Below, piece by piece: positions 26,358 through 36,885 of a DNA stretch of 64,000 bases. Numbering within the stretch: the stretch's first letter is position 1; every line of letters starts with the position of its first letter. The notes under the pieces are model-generated. The model did no database searches and was not told where the DNA came from. It saw only the letters and a list, made by a program, of their open reading frames with translations. This DNA comes from Azolla caroliniana (taxonomy: Eukaryota > Plantae > Polypodiophyta). The stretch lies in assembly GCA_043228905.1 (NCBI GenBank), contig JBHGNT010000018.1:17050001-17114000 (forward strand), read 5' to 3'. The translations under genes were made by a program, and so were the position numbers.

Positions 26358-29300
26358 TGTAAGGAATAGACCCTTCTATCCACCTTTTTATCTTCGGCCA
26401 CAACCGATTAATCGCGGATCAATGGAACAGAAAATAGGAAAACACACGTAGAAACAAAACGAAGAAACACGAGTACACAAGGATTAACGTGGAAAACCCT
26501 AAACGGGAAAAACCACGGGAGTACAAGACTCCAAACAACACTATACAGAGAAGTATACAATGACGAGCTCCAAGGCGACGACCTTGAGCTCGCTGTCCTC
26601 GCCACAGGCGGCGGAAATACACAGAGGCGTCTTCCTCTTTCTCTCTCGCGCTCTCTCTCTTTCTCTCTCTCACGGCTGCTCCCTCTTCACTCCTCTAAAG
26701 TGGAAAATCAGAAAAAAATAAGAAGCAACAACATAAAACTGTTTGCCCTAAGTCATATTTATACACATATGACTTTCGGGCTATTTACAAATATAGCCTC
26801 AAGGGCTCTTGGCAAACATATTCACAAATATGTCTCCGCATCCGGATCTCTCTCCGGGTACATTCATCATCCGGTTCCGTAACCGGGGTCTTCATCATCC
26901 GGATCCGTATCCGGGTACTCTTCATCATCCGGATCCGCATCCGGGTACTCGTCATCCGGCTTCATGCCGGGTACTCTTCATCCTCCGGTTCCGTAACCGC
27001 AACCGGGCTTGCCGTCATTCGTCTCCGGACATCCCATCCGGAGGGACCGTAATCCCAACAAACTCCCCCTTCACTTCGGCATGGGATGTCTCTCCAATCC
27101 GATCCTCTTCCGGCATGCTTCCAGCTTGTTGGGTGTGAGCACCTTGGTCAGCATATCCGACCCGTTCTCGTCCGTGTGGATCTTCGTCAGCACGAACTCC
27201 TCGTCTTCTATCCTCTCCCGGATCCAGTGGTATCTACGCTGGATGTGTTTCGTCCGGGAATGGTAGGCCGCGTTCTTCGCAAGGTGGATGGCACTCTGAC
27301 TGTCGCAGTAGAGTCGGTACTCCTCCTGCTGGATACCGAGCTCTCTAATGAAGTCCTTCATCCATATTATTTCCTTGCCGGCTTCAACAGCTGCCATGTA
27401 CTCCGCCTCCGTGGTTGACAACGCAACCGTCTTCTGCAGCCTCGACTGCCATGAAACGGCTCCCCCTGCATAGGTCATCACATACCCGGATGTGGACCGG
27501 CTGGTATCTGCATCAGCCGACATATCCGAATCGGTGAAGCCGTCGAGTTCGGGCTTACCGGAGCCGAATCGGAGGCACACGTTTGCCGTGCCTTTCAGGT
27601 ATCGGAGTATCCACTTGACCGCGTTCCAATGCTCTTTGCCGGGATTGGTCATGTACCGGCTCACCACTCCGACTGCGTATCCAATGTCTGGTCTTGTACA
27701 CACCATTGCATACATCAGGCTTCCGACAGCAGAGGCATATGGTACTTTCATCATGTCCTCTTTCTCAGCCTTTGTCCTGGGGCTTTGCTTGCTGGACAGC
27801 TTGCAGTTTGCCGGGAGGGTTGATCCGACCGGTCTTGCTTCCGACATGTTGAACCGTTGAAGCACCTTTGTCACGTACTTCTCCTGCGACAGCCACAACT
27901 GCTTCTTGCTCCGGTCCCGGATGATGTGCATCCCTAGTATTTGCCTCGCCGGACCCAGGTCCTTCATTGAGAAGGTTCGGTGAAGAGCCTTCTTCAGCAT
28001 CCGTATCTTAACCTGGTCCCGTCCGACGATCAACATGTCGTCCACGTACAGGAGGAGTATTAGAGAGTCTCCTCCTTCGAACTTCTTCACAAACACGCAG
28101 TGATCAGACTGCGTTTTGTGGTACCCTTCGTCGGTCATGAAGGAGTCGAACTTCCGGTACCATTGCCGGGGAGCCTGCTTCAGTCCGTAAAGGCTCTTCT
28201 TCAACCGGCATACCAGGTGCTCCTTCCCTCTCTTCTCGAATCCTTCCGGTTGCTGCATGTAGATCTCTTCTTCGAGGTCACTGTGAAGGAATGCCGTCTT
28301 CACGTCCATCTGTTCTACCTCGAGGTCCATACTTGCCGCTATGCTCAGCACCGTCCGGATGGAGGTCATCTTCACTACCGGGGCAAATATCTCGTCGAAG
28401 TCGACGCCCTTCTTCTGCTGAAACCCCTTCACCACGATCCTGGCTTTGTATCTCGGGGGGTTTCCGGCATCTCCCGGTTTCAGCTTGAACACCCACTTGT
28501 TTCGAAGTGCCCGCTTTCCTTTCGGCAACTCCATAAGTTCATATGTGTGGTTCTCATGCAGGGAATCCATCTCGTCCTGCATGGCACTCAACCACTTGCG
28601 GCTCTGGGTGTCGTGCTTTGCTTCTTCAAAGCTCTCCGGCTCCCCCTCGTCGGTTAGCAGCACGTGCTCTGGTTCCGGAAATCTCCAAGGGGCCCTTCTC
28701 TCTCTTAGAGGATATCTCCGTTCGGGAGCTTCGGTAACCGGTTCTTCCGATTCTTCTTCTTCATCCGAATCCATTTCGGGATCGGGGCCGGTTCCGGTAT
28801 CATTTTCATCTTCTTCGGCCGGTTCTGTTTCTTCACCGTCTTCGGCCGGATCCTCGAGTGCTAACCGGTCCCTTGCCGGTCGGGACTGCTCCTCGTAGAG
28901 TTGATCCTCACAGGTCGACTTTGAGCTCTTCATCTTCTTCTCCGACTCCCAGTCGGCGAGTGTCTTGTCCTCCATGAAGATGATGTCTCGACTCCTGAAT
29001 ATCTTCTTGTCGACCGGGTCCCATACTCGGTAGCCGAACTCGTCGTCACCGTAACCGAGGAATATGCATGGCCGGGTCTTTGGATCTAGCTTTCCTCTCC
29101 GGTCCTTTGCCACATGCACGTATGCGAGACACCCGAACACCTTCAGATGCCAGTAGGATACTTCCCTACCGGTCCACACTCTCTGCGGCGTGTCTCCGTC
29201 CAAAGGTACTGAGGGTGATCTGTTTATCACGTATGTCGCCGTCGACATCGCCTCAGCCCAAAACCCCTTGGGTAATTTCGCATGCGCCAGCATACTCCGG

Positions 29301-31879
29301 ACCCTCTCCATTATGGTCCGGTTCATCCTCTCGGCCAGCCCGTTCAGTTCCGGCGTCTTCGGCACAGTAAACTCGAGCCGGATTCCCTTCGAGCGACAGT
29401 ACTCCTGGAACTGCCCCCGGTATTCCCCTCCGTTATCCGCTCGTATCGCTTTCAGCTTCTTGCCGGATTCCCTTTCCACTCTCGCGTGGAGTTCTTTGAA
29501 GACGGACAACACTTGGTCCTTTGTCTTCAACGGTGCCGTCCACAGCTTCCGGCTGTGGTCATCAATGAATGTCACGAAGTACTGGGCTCCGCCATGTGAC
29601 TTCGTTTCTACCTGACACACATCAGTGTGCACCAACTCCAATGGTGCGCTACGTCTCGTCGGTGGCCTTGAGTGGAAGGAGGTTCGGTTCTGCTTACCGG
29701 CCAGGCAATCGGTGCACTTCTCCAGGTGCACGTGCTTCACTGGGATGAGGTTGTCTTCTGCAAGCCTCTTCATCCCCTTCTCACTCATGTGGCACAGTCT
29801 TTTGTGCCACAGCTCACCGGCAGTGTCGGCTGCCACATTCAGCTCTTCCGGACATAACCGGGCATTCATCAGGTACAGTGTGTTGACCTTCCGGGCCCGA
29901 GCCACTATCAAGCTCCCCTTGCTGAACTTCATGACACCGTTCCGGATGCTACCCGTGTAGCCTTCATCATCTAGCCTCCCGGCCGAAATCAGGTTCAGTC
30001 GGACCTCCGGAACGTGTCGGACATCCTTCAGCAGCATTTTGCATCCGGTCGGGGTTGTCAGCCACACGTCTCCTATGCCGGCAATCCGGCACGTACCTTC
30101 ATTCCCCATCCGAACGCAGCCATGCTCACCGGCTGTGTAGGATGAGAAGTATCTTCTCTCCGGGGTCAGGTGGAACGATGCTCCGGAATCGACCACCCAG
30201 GTCGTCTCATCGCCGGCAACGTTTAGCTCACCTTCTTCGGTGATGAGCATGATTTCTTCCTCACTTGCCGCGAGTGCCGTTGTTCCTTTCCGGTCTTGCC
30301 CTCGCCGATCCGAACCTCTTCGGTCCGTGGCTCCCCGGTATGCACCGTTTCTCTCCGGTGACTTCTTCGAGTCGGTGTCGTCGGCTCCGTTGTCTTTTCG
30401 GTAATGCCGACAATTCTTTCGGAAGTGCCCCGGCTTCCCACAGTGGAAGCATGTGGGCCTTCCTCTTGACTGCGACCGGGTCCCCGACTTCTCCCGTCTT
30501 TGCGGACTCCGGTTCCATTGTCTTCCCCGATCCGATTCGGTAAACAGCATCTTCGGGTCGGAGGCCGGTTCCTTATCTCTCCGACGCGCTTCTTCATTCA
30601 GAATACTTGTCTTTACAGTTTGTAAGGACAAGTTATCTTCGGTGCACGAGGTGCTGAGAGTCACCACCAAGTTCTCCCAGCTTTCCGGCAATGTACACAT
30701 CAGGATGATGGCTTGCATTGCATCCTCCAACGGGAACTTGATCGCCGCAAGCTGGTTCACGAATCCCATGAACGTGCTTACGTGTTCCACCATACTCTCG
30801 CCGTCCCGGTACTTGAGATTCACTATCTTCCTCATCAGGGAGGTCCGGTTCAACGCATTCTTCCTCTCGTAGAGGCCCGACAGCTTCTTCCACATCTCAT
30901 ATGCGTTGGTGTCGTTCGCCACATGTTGTAGGACGCTTACATCGACATATTGTCGGATCGTCGCTACGGCTTTCCGGTTCAGGAGCTTCCAATCCGACTC
31001 AAGTACCCCCTTCGGTATTTCCGACCTGTCAATCGGTTCGTACAGGTCCCGAACGATCAGAAGATCCTCCATCTTGATCTTCCAGTCGGCGTAATTCTGT
31101 GCATTCAGCACCATCATCATCGGCTGCCCGCTGCCGCCGCCTTCCATTTTCTGCAACAGTCGCTCTGATACCAGTTTGTAAGGAATAGACCCTTCTATCC
31201 ACCTTTTTATCTTCGGCCACAACCGATTAATCGCGGATCAATGGAACAGAAAATAGGAAAACACACGTAGAAACAAAACGAAGAAACACGAGTACACAAG
31301 GATTAACGTGGAAAACCCTAAACGGGAAAAACCACGGGAGTACAAGACTCCAAACAACACTATACAGAGAAGTATACAATGACGAGCTCCAAGGCGACGA
31401 CCTTGAGCTCGCTGTCCTCGCCACAGGCGGCGGAAATACACAGAGGCGTCTTCCTCTTTCTCTCTCGCGCTCTCTCTCTTTCTCTCTCTCACGGCTGCTC
31501 CCTCTTCACTCCTCTAAAGTGGAAAATCAGAAAAAAATAAGAAGCAACAACATAAAACTGTTTGCCCTAAGTCATATTTATACACATATGACTTTCGGGC
31601 TATTTACAAATATAGCCTCAAGGGCTCTTGGCAAACATATTCACAAATATGTCTCCGCATCCGGATCTCTCTCCGGGTACATTCATCATCCGGTTCCGTA
31701 ACCGGGGTCTTCATCATCCGGATCCGTATCCGGGTACTCTTCATCATCCGGATCCGCATCCGGGTACTCGTCATCCGGCTTCATGCCGGGTACTCTTCAT
31801 CCTCCGGTTCCGTAACCGCAACCGGGCTTGCCGTCATTCGTCTCCGGACATCCCATCCGGAGGGACCGTAATCCCAACA
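26358..31879 (-). mobile_element. Full-length Ty1/copia retrotransposon (Tnt1/Tork-like) with 703-bp LTRs and 5-bp TSD CCGTC
   Basis: LTRs 26358-27060 and 31177-31879 (TG...CA) look identical by eye. CCGTC at 26353-26357 and 31880-31884. tRNA-iMet PBS TGGTATCAGAGC at 31173-31162; PPT AGGGGGAG at 27070-27063. Confidence 0.97.
27071..31147 (-). CDS. Copia Gag-Pol polyprotein (1358 aa from the first ATG after the PBS)
   Basis: Uninterrupted ORF with knuckle CFHCGKPGHFRKNC, protease WVVDSGAS, pre-integrase LWHKRLCH..CTDC, integrase VHTD/RADNGGEY/ERMN, RT YVDD and RNase H DSDM..TEAEY..YCDSQSA..SDMLTK. Confidence 0.95.
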   Translation of the reverse strand: MEGGGSGQPMMMVLNAQNYADWKIKMEDLLIVRDLYEPIDRSEIPKGVLESDWKLLNRKAVATIRQYVDVSVLQHVANDTNAYEMWKKLSGLYERKNALNRTSLMRKIVNLKYRDGESMVEHVSTFMGFVNQLAAIKFPLEDAMQAIILMCTLPESWENLVVTLSTSCTEDNLSLQTVKTSILNEEARRRDKEPASDPKMLFTESDRGRQWNRSPQRREKSGTRSQSRGRPTCFHCGKPGHFRKNCRHYRKDNGADDTDSKKSPERNGAYRGATDRRGSDRRGQDRKGTTALAASEEEIMLITEEGELNVAGDETTWVVDSGASFHLTPERRYFSSYTAGEHGCVRMGNEGTCRIAGIGDVWLTTPTGCKMLLKDVRHVPEVRLNLISAGRLDDEGYTGSIRNGVMKFSKGSLIVARARKVNTLYLMNARLCPEELNVAADTAGELWHKRLCHMSEKGMKRLAEDNLIPVKHVHLEKCTDCLAGKQNRTSFHSRPPTRRSAPLELVHTDVCQVETKSHGGAQYFVTFIDDHSRKLWTAPLKTKDQVLSVFKELHARVERESGKKLKAIRADNGGEYRGQFQEYCRSKGIRLEFTVPKTPELNGLAERMNRTIMERVRSMLAHAKLPKGFWAEAMSTATYVINRSPSVPLDGDTPQRVWTGREVSYWHLKVFGCLAYVHVAKDRRGKLDPKTRPCIFLGYGDDEFGYRVWDPVDKKIFRSRDIIFMEDKTLADWESEKKMKSSKSTCEDQLYEEQSRPARDRLALEDPAEDGEETEPAEEDENDTGTGPDPEMDSDEEEESEEPVTEAPERRYPLRERRAPWRFPEPEHVLLTDEGEPESFEEAKHDTQSRKWLSAMQDEMDSLHENHTYELMELPKGKRALRNKWVFKLKPGDAGNPPRYKARIVVKGFQQKKGVDFDEIFAPVVKMTSIRTVLSIAASMDLEVEQMDVKTAFLHSDLEEEIYMQQPEGFEKRGKEHLVCRLKKSLYGLKQAPRQWYRKFDSFMTDEGYHKTQSDHCVFVKKFEGGDSLILLLYVDDMLIVGRDQVKIRMLKKALHRTFSMKDLGPARQILGMHIIRDRSKKQLWLSQEKYVTKVLQRFNMSEARPVGSTLPANCKLSSKQSPRTKAEKEDMMKVPYASAVGSLMYAMVCTRPDIGYAVGVVSRYMTNPGKEHWNAVKWILRYLKGTANVCLRFGSGKPELDGFTDSDMSADADTSRSTSGYVMTYAGGAVSWQSRLQKTVALSTTEAEYMAAVEAGKEIIWMKDFIRELGIQQEEYRLYCDSQSAIHLAKNAAYHSRTKHIQRRYHWIRERIEDEEFVLTKIHTDENGSDMLTKVLTPNKLEACRKRIGLERHPMPK

Positions 31880-33186
31880 CCGTCTTCGCTAGCATCGTGC
31901 CAGGACTCCTCGGTACCGCCATCCATCTCCTCGGTCTTATACGGGCATACGGGCCAAATTGCCGAGTTCTCCGGAATCGGGTCTGTGGGCTTTCGTCCGC
32001 TCCTTCCCCGTACTGTCTCGCCGGTGATTCTTGGTCTATCGCCGTCGCCTTCCTCCGCTTGGGACTCACGTGGACACTCGGGCCCGACTGCCATCGTCTC
32101 AGGAGCAAGTGTGGGAAGACACAAGGAATCGCCCGTCCGTTCTTCGCCCTTGTCCGTAGCCACCGGCTCTCCGTGGTCGGCGGTCGTCTTCTTACCGATC
32201 GCGCAAGCCCCGTCTGGGCTTGCTTCTCCAATGCCCGGGATCTCGGGCTGACACACCCAAAACCGCTGGTCCCAACGTTCTGGTTCAGCGATCGGTATCT
32301 TGGCCTCGTCCTTGGCCTCGTCCGCACCCTCTCCTGTGGTACCGTCGTACCGATCTTCCGCCGTCGCGTGGGGCAAGTCCGTCTCCTCGGTCTCAGCTTC
32401 TGGCCTCGATCCTCCCTCTTCCTCGAGCATCGCTTTGAGCGTTGCATACGCCTCCGCAATCCTGGCCCCAACGCCGACCCTTGCCGACTCTCTTTGCCGT
32501 TCGGCCTCTTCCCGCTGTGATGGCACGCCGTCGCGTACCTTCCTCTTAGCCTTCTCGGCTCGCTCGTTGTCTAGCCTTTGGCACACCCTTCCGACCTTCG
32601 ACCAGTCCTCCGTAAGCCCATTCGCTCCATCATCGTCTTCGAGCTCAATCCCGATGGCTTCCCGTTCCGCTCGGTCGATCGACCTGACGAACAAAAGGGC
32701 TTTGTCCGCCCCCACCAAACCTTGTTCCCGCTCTAGGAGCCGAGCAATTCATCGCTTGAACTCCCGGAACACCTTCGTCGCACCCTGGTGGGTCTTTGCC
32801 GATGCTACTCACTGGTCAAAGTCGTGCCGTCCCCGGCTCTTCCGCCGTCCTCCGTATGCTTTCAGGAGCGCCTCTTCGAAGGCCTCCCACGAACTATGAG
32901 CCTCACGGAGCTCCTTTACTTCTGCATGCATCCGGACAGCTACGACCCGGCAGAAGAACTCCAGCCTCAATGCCTCTTCTACACCATGCTCCTCCATTTC
33001 CGCGTTGTAGGCTTCCAAGTAAGATGGGACTTTGTCCCCGTTGAAACGGCCGACTCTTTCGACCACTCGCTCAACCGCTTGTTGCACTGCTTCTCGCCTC
33101 ATCACCACTCGTGCCGACTCCAACACCACTTCGGCCACCATTCCCGCAAGGTCGTCGTCTTCCGACTCCATCCTCCCTCGCCGCCT

Positions 33187-33204
33187 TTCACGTCGGGTTC
33201 ACCA
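33187..33204 (-). promoter_or_regulatory. Primer-binding site complementary to the tRNA-Trp 3' end
   Basis: The plus strand reads TTCACGTCGGGTTCACCA, matching the 3' 18 nt of plant cytosolic tRNA-Trp as recalled. It lies 4 nt inside the 5' LTR. Confidence 0.85.
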
Positions 33205-33338
33205 AATATGTCACGTTGTTACGCGCGTGCGTGGAGAAAGGCGAGACCACGGGGGTCTTGGACTAGGGAGTGATGGAGTGTAGGAAGTCGTGCTTCACCG
33301 TTACCGAGGCATCCCAGAGACACGCCGGAAGCAACCGA

Positions 33339-33378
<40 letters not shown>

Positions 33379-34221
33379 ACACCGACTCACGCACACACAC
33401 ACACCCGCACACACACACCAACCCGACCCACGCCTTATGTACAGAAAACGCAGGAGAGGGTAAGCACCCGACGCCAACAACGACGCGAATATACACAGAC
33501 AAACGTATATATATATATATATATAGAAGAAGAATACATTCCCGGCTTCGAGCCGGGCTGAGGTAGGTTACAGTAGTCGTCTGTTGCCAAGCCGCCGTCG
33601 GGGAGCTCTCAGCTCGTCGCGCCGAGCGGGGTCTTGCACAGGAGATGAGCTACAGCAAACCCTAAGCGAACACGAAGGAGAAGAAGAAGAAGAAGCTAAC
33701 TCTAAACCTAACGGTATACCCTCTAATGCAAAATGGGCAACCCTTTTACAAAGGGTGTTCCCTTCCTTTTATAGAACAAGGAAAGGGAGGCATTACAATG
33801 CGGGACAAATCCCGACTTACATGGGATCGTCTGTCCCGACTTGACTACCCTTCGGCGCCATAAAGGCGCCCTCGATATTCACACTAAATGTACATGGGTG
33901 CGTACACACGCTGCACCCCGCCGATGTAGCCAATGTTTCCCGGTTTTCGTCTCTGGCCGAAATTCTTCACGACACCGGATTGGTGAGCTGGTGAGCCGGT
34001 GAGTCGGTGAGCAAGCAAGCCGGTGAGCTGGGGAGCCGGTTAGCCGGATCCAGCAGTAACTGGAAGCCTAGTAGCAGCCTAGACTATACACAGTACTTCT
34101 GTCAGTCCTCTTAGAACTCATAGAAATAGTGATGTTGAGCACGTTGTATGTACACAAAGAACTATTATTGTTTTGTAATAGATTTTTAATGTTCTGCTCC
34201 CTCTTTGTCTCTCCCGTGTAT

Positions 34222-34224
<3 letters not shown>

Positions 34225-34311
<87 letters not shown>
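34225..34311. repeat. (TC)n microsatellite inside the copia family B LTR
   Basis: Direct sequence. Confidence 0.95.
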
Positions 34312-34314
<3 letters not shown>

Positions 34315-34365
34315 GCTATCCGGCTGAGCCGGTTTGTCTAACGCTTCCGCACCTTCCTTTCTACA

Positions 34366-35918
34366 TCTAGCTTCGACAATTCCTAGTTGTTCCGGTTTCT
34401 CTAAAAACAAGAACCACTCTTCATGGCTCTTCATGTGATTAGATGCTCTGGAATCAACATACCACACTTCCTCCAATCCAAAAGTGGTCTTTTTCATCGA
34501 GTTCACCTTGTGCTTCATCACGAAGGCTGGCCCTTTGTGGTTTTCCCGGTTCTGGATCCTTCTGATCCTTCTACGTAGTGCGAGCTTTGCCGGTTTCCCC
34601 ATCTGGCCTTGCCGGATCCGGATTTATCCGAATCGGTGCGCTTCTTCCAACACTCGCTTTCTCTGTGGACTTTCTTGCCACAATAGCAACCTTCCGTGTC
34701 GGCCTTCCCTTGCCAATTTCCGGTGCCGTTTTGACTCCCCCTACTTGTGGAGGGTTTGGAACTGCTGTCGGAATTGTCTTTGTGCCTTCGGTTCTGCTCT
34801 TGCCAGCCGCCTCCATTGCGTGCCAACCCATCTCATCCTCCACACCCATGGGGCCGATCCTCCTCTGTGTACAGCATCAGGCTATCCGATTGATTGTAAG
34901 GCGGATAAGGATGGTGGCTTCTCCTGGGTGCAAATTGCCGTCCGGATTGGCCCATACCGTTGTGTTAGACCACCAAGGTAGGTTTGGACCATTTCATCTT
35001 CGTCCACTGTCACATTGATGAACCCAAGCACGTCACAAATCTCCTTTATTTTGGTTGTGTACTCCGTAACCGACATATCTCTCTACCAGATATTGTTCAG
35101 CTCTTGACAGAGCTGCAACTTACGGGTTGTGGTACTTGCGGCAAAAATCTTCTGAAGATTTTCCCAAGCCTCCTTCGGCGTTTTTGCGTCCTTGATGTAG
35201 CCGAGCATCTGATCATGCACACAAGACGCGAGGCAGTAAAGCACTCTACTCACTCCTTGTTCCCATGCCAGGGAGTCCTTGTGTGCCAGCTCCGGTGCTA
35301 CCTCGTTAGTTCCTTCCACATAGCTCCAATATCCATGCCCCAGCAGGTACTGGTGTGTTTTATACGACCAGGACACAAAGTTGCTCCGGTCAAGCTTTTC
35401 TATGGGAAGCGAACTTGCCATACCTCTGTCCATCTCAATCCTCTTCTGTTCTTCACTGGGTCTTAGGGTTTGTCGACTTCAAAGGAGTCTCAACCCTCAC
35501 GCTCTGATACCATGTAAAAGTTAGTGCATGGAAGCTTTGACAAAACTGGTTTAGCCGGGTAGCAACAGAGAATAAACACAGGTTCAATGGAAGCTTGAGA
35601 GTACTTAGAATACACTGGAGAGGCAAAGAGAGATAGACAAAGAGCCGAACATAAACTCAATTCAAAATAACAACACTTTGTACATAGAATGTGCTTAGAG
35701 AGCACTTTTTTACAAGTCCATAAAGGATTGACAAAAGTACTGACATGCACTTCAATGCTCAAACGAGCGACTGACACTGACTCCCAAAACTATGCCTACG
35801 TACTAGGCTAGATCCGTAGGCCTCTAACGGCCTACCGGTTTCAATCTGATCCGGTTCTCTGATCCGGCTCCTGGTTCCGGATACCGATCTGGATCCGGTT
35901 GAGCTTGCTCGCTCAACA
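34366..35918 (-). mobile_element. 5' part of a second family B copia (LTR 35513-35918, iMet PBS, gag to protease)
   Basis: The minus-strand LTR starts TGTTGAGCGAGCAAGCTCAACCGG; PBS TGGTATCAGAGC at 35512-35501. gag EKLDRSNFVSWSY...TPKEAWENLQKIF, knuckle CCYCGKKVHRESEC and protease VWYVDSRASNHM. Cut at 34366 by the plus-strand copy. Confidence 0.9.
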
Positions 35919-36651
35919 CCAAGGAGTCAGAGGGAGTAGGAAGAGCAATCGTGATGATGTGCTTGGTCGGTTACCGGAAGCTGGATAGCGAGTGTGTAGG
36001 TTCGCGGAAGGAACCGTGTCGCGCAGTTCACAGGTAGACCGGGAAACCAGTTACGAAGAAACAGAAATAGAGATGAAAACCCGAAATGAGAAGAGATCGA
36101 CCCAAATAATCGAAACGAATAGATTAAGGTAAGCTGAATACAATCGAGCTCGGCCAATAGCAGAGTTGTACGCTCTACAAAACACACCCCCACCCACACA
36201 CACACACACACACAAAAATAAAGGAGCCTCTACTCGGGAGTTCACAAGATTCCTTGGCGAGCAGAGGCTTCCTTAGAGAATCGTACACAAGACAAAGAAT
36301 GGGAGGGAGAGAGGGAGAGAGAGAGCTCGGCCCACGAACCGACAACACTTCGTCCTCCCCTAAAACACCGATCCCTAAAGCAGGCTCAAGCCTCCCCTTT
36401 TATAGCAGAAGGGGAAACCGTTACATCGTGATTGGTGTCAGAGATTCCTCCTCCCTCCCCCCCCTTTCATTTCTTTCTGTGCGTGTGGGACTTTAAAGTA
36501 CCCCCTTTAATTCCTACCACCTAGTACTTACTAGTCCTAATGTTATTTACATTATGTATGTACATAATACTTGATTTGTGTGCATCGGTGCACACACCCG
36601 TTCACGTGCACTTGGCTCCGTTTCGCTTTATGGCCGGAATCCTTCACGACA
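35919..36651 (-). mobile_element. Partial family A-related LTR
   Basis: Ends GGCCGGAATCCTTCACGACA like the other family A LTRs, contains the CCTTTTATAG block and is followed by ACGT. Confidence 0.75.
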
Positions 36652-36885
36652 ACGTGCGAACTGGTACGTCGTTGGAGGTCTACACTCCTAGACTACTAGG
36701 TAGTTATCCTAGGAGTTAGTGTCAATAGCTCAGTACGAGCATTGAAGTGCCTCTCAGTATTTCTATCAGTCCTTTTAAGGACTTGTATAAAAGTGTTCAC
36801 TGAGCACATTGTATGTAGAGAGTAATATTTTGTAATTTGAGTTTTATTTTGTTCTGCTCTCTCTGTCTCTCATGCGTACTCTCTG
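36652..36885 (+). mobile_element. Fragment of a copia family B LTR
   Basis: GGAGTTAGTG.CAATAGCTCA...CAGTCCTTTT.AGGACTTGTATAAA.AGTG..CA.TGAGCACATTGTATGTA matches 42750-42858 and resembles 34100-34150. Confidence 0.75.

Larger units (their letters stand above)
23937..33974 (-). mobile_element. Non-autonomous gag-only LTR retroelement (family A), tRNA-Trp PBS, 4-bp TSD CCGG
   Basis: LTRs at 33209-33974 and 23937-24716. CCGG flanks both ends. PBS at 33187-33204, PPT GGTGGGGGTGGA at 24728-24717. Same-frame gag-like ORFs 32809-33171 and 31834-32718. No PR, RT, RH or IN motifs were seen. Confidence 0.88.
19115..34365 (+). mobile_element. Ty1/copia element (family B), 5'-truncated and defective; its 3' LTR (23859-23936 plus 33975-34365) is split by an insertion
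   Basis: Zinc knuckle at about 19170-19220, protease VWYVDSGASNHMT, pre-integrase LWHKRIGH..CEACQLGK, integrase LRSDGGKEY, RT DVKNAFLQGDL/LYVDDL (ORF 21466-22983) and RNase H DADWAG...QVADIFTK. PPT TTGAGGGGAAG precedes LTR start TGTTGAGCGGCAAGCTCAACC. Several stops and frameshifts. Confidence 0.92.

Noticed and set aside
26850-27010. Regular ~30-bp units resembling a CRISPR array
   Set aside because: These are degenerate tandem units without unique spacers, inside a plant LTR, with no cas genes.
31148-31222. Upstream start of the 1383-aa ORF inside the LTR
   Set aside because: It is a non-ATG start crossing the LTR and PBS; the first ATG after the PBS is at 31147.
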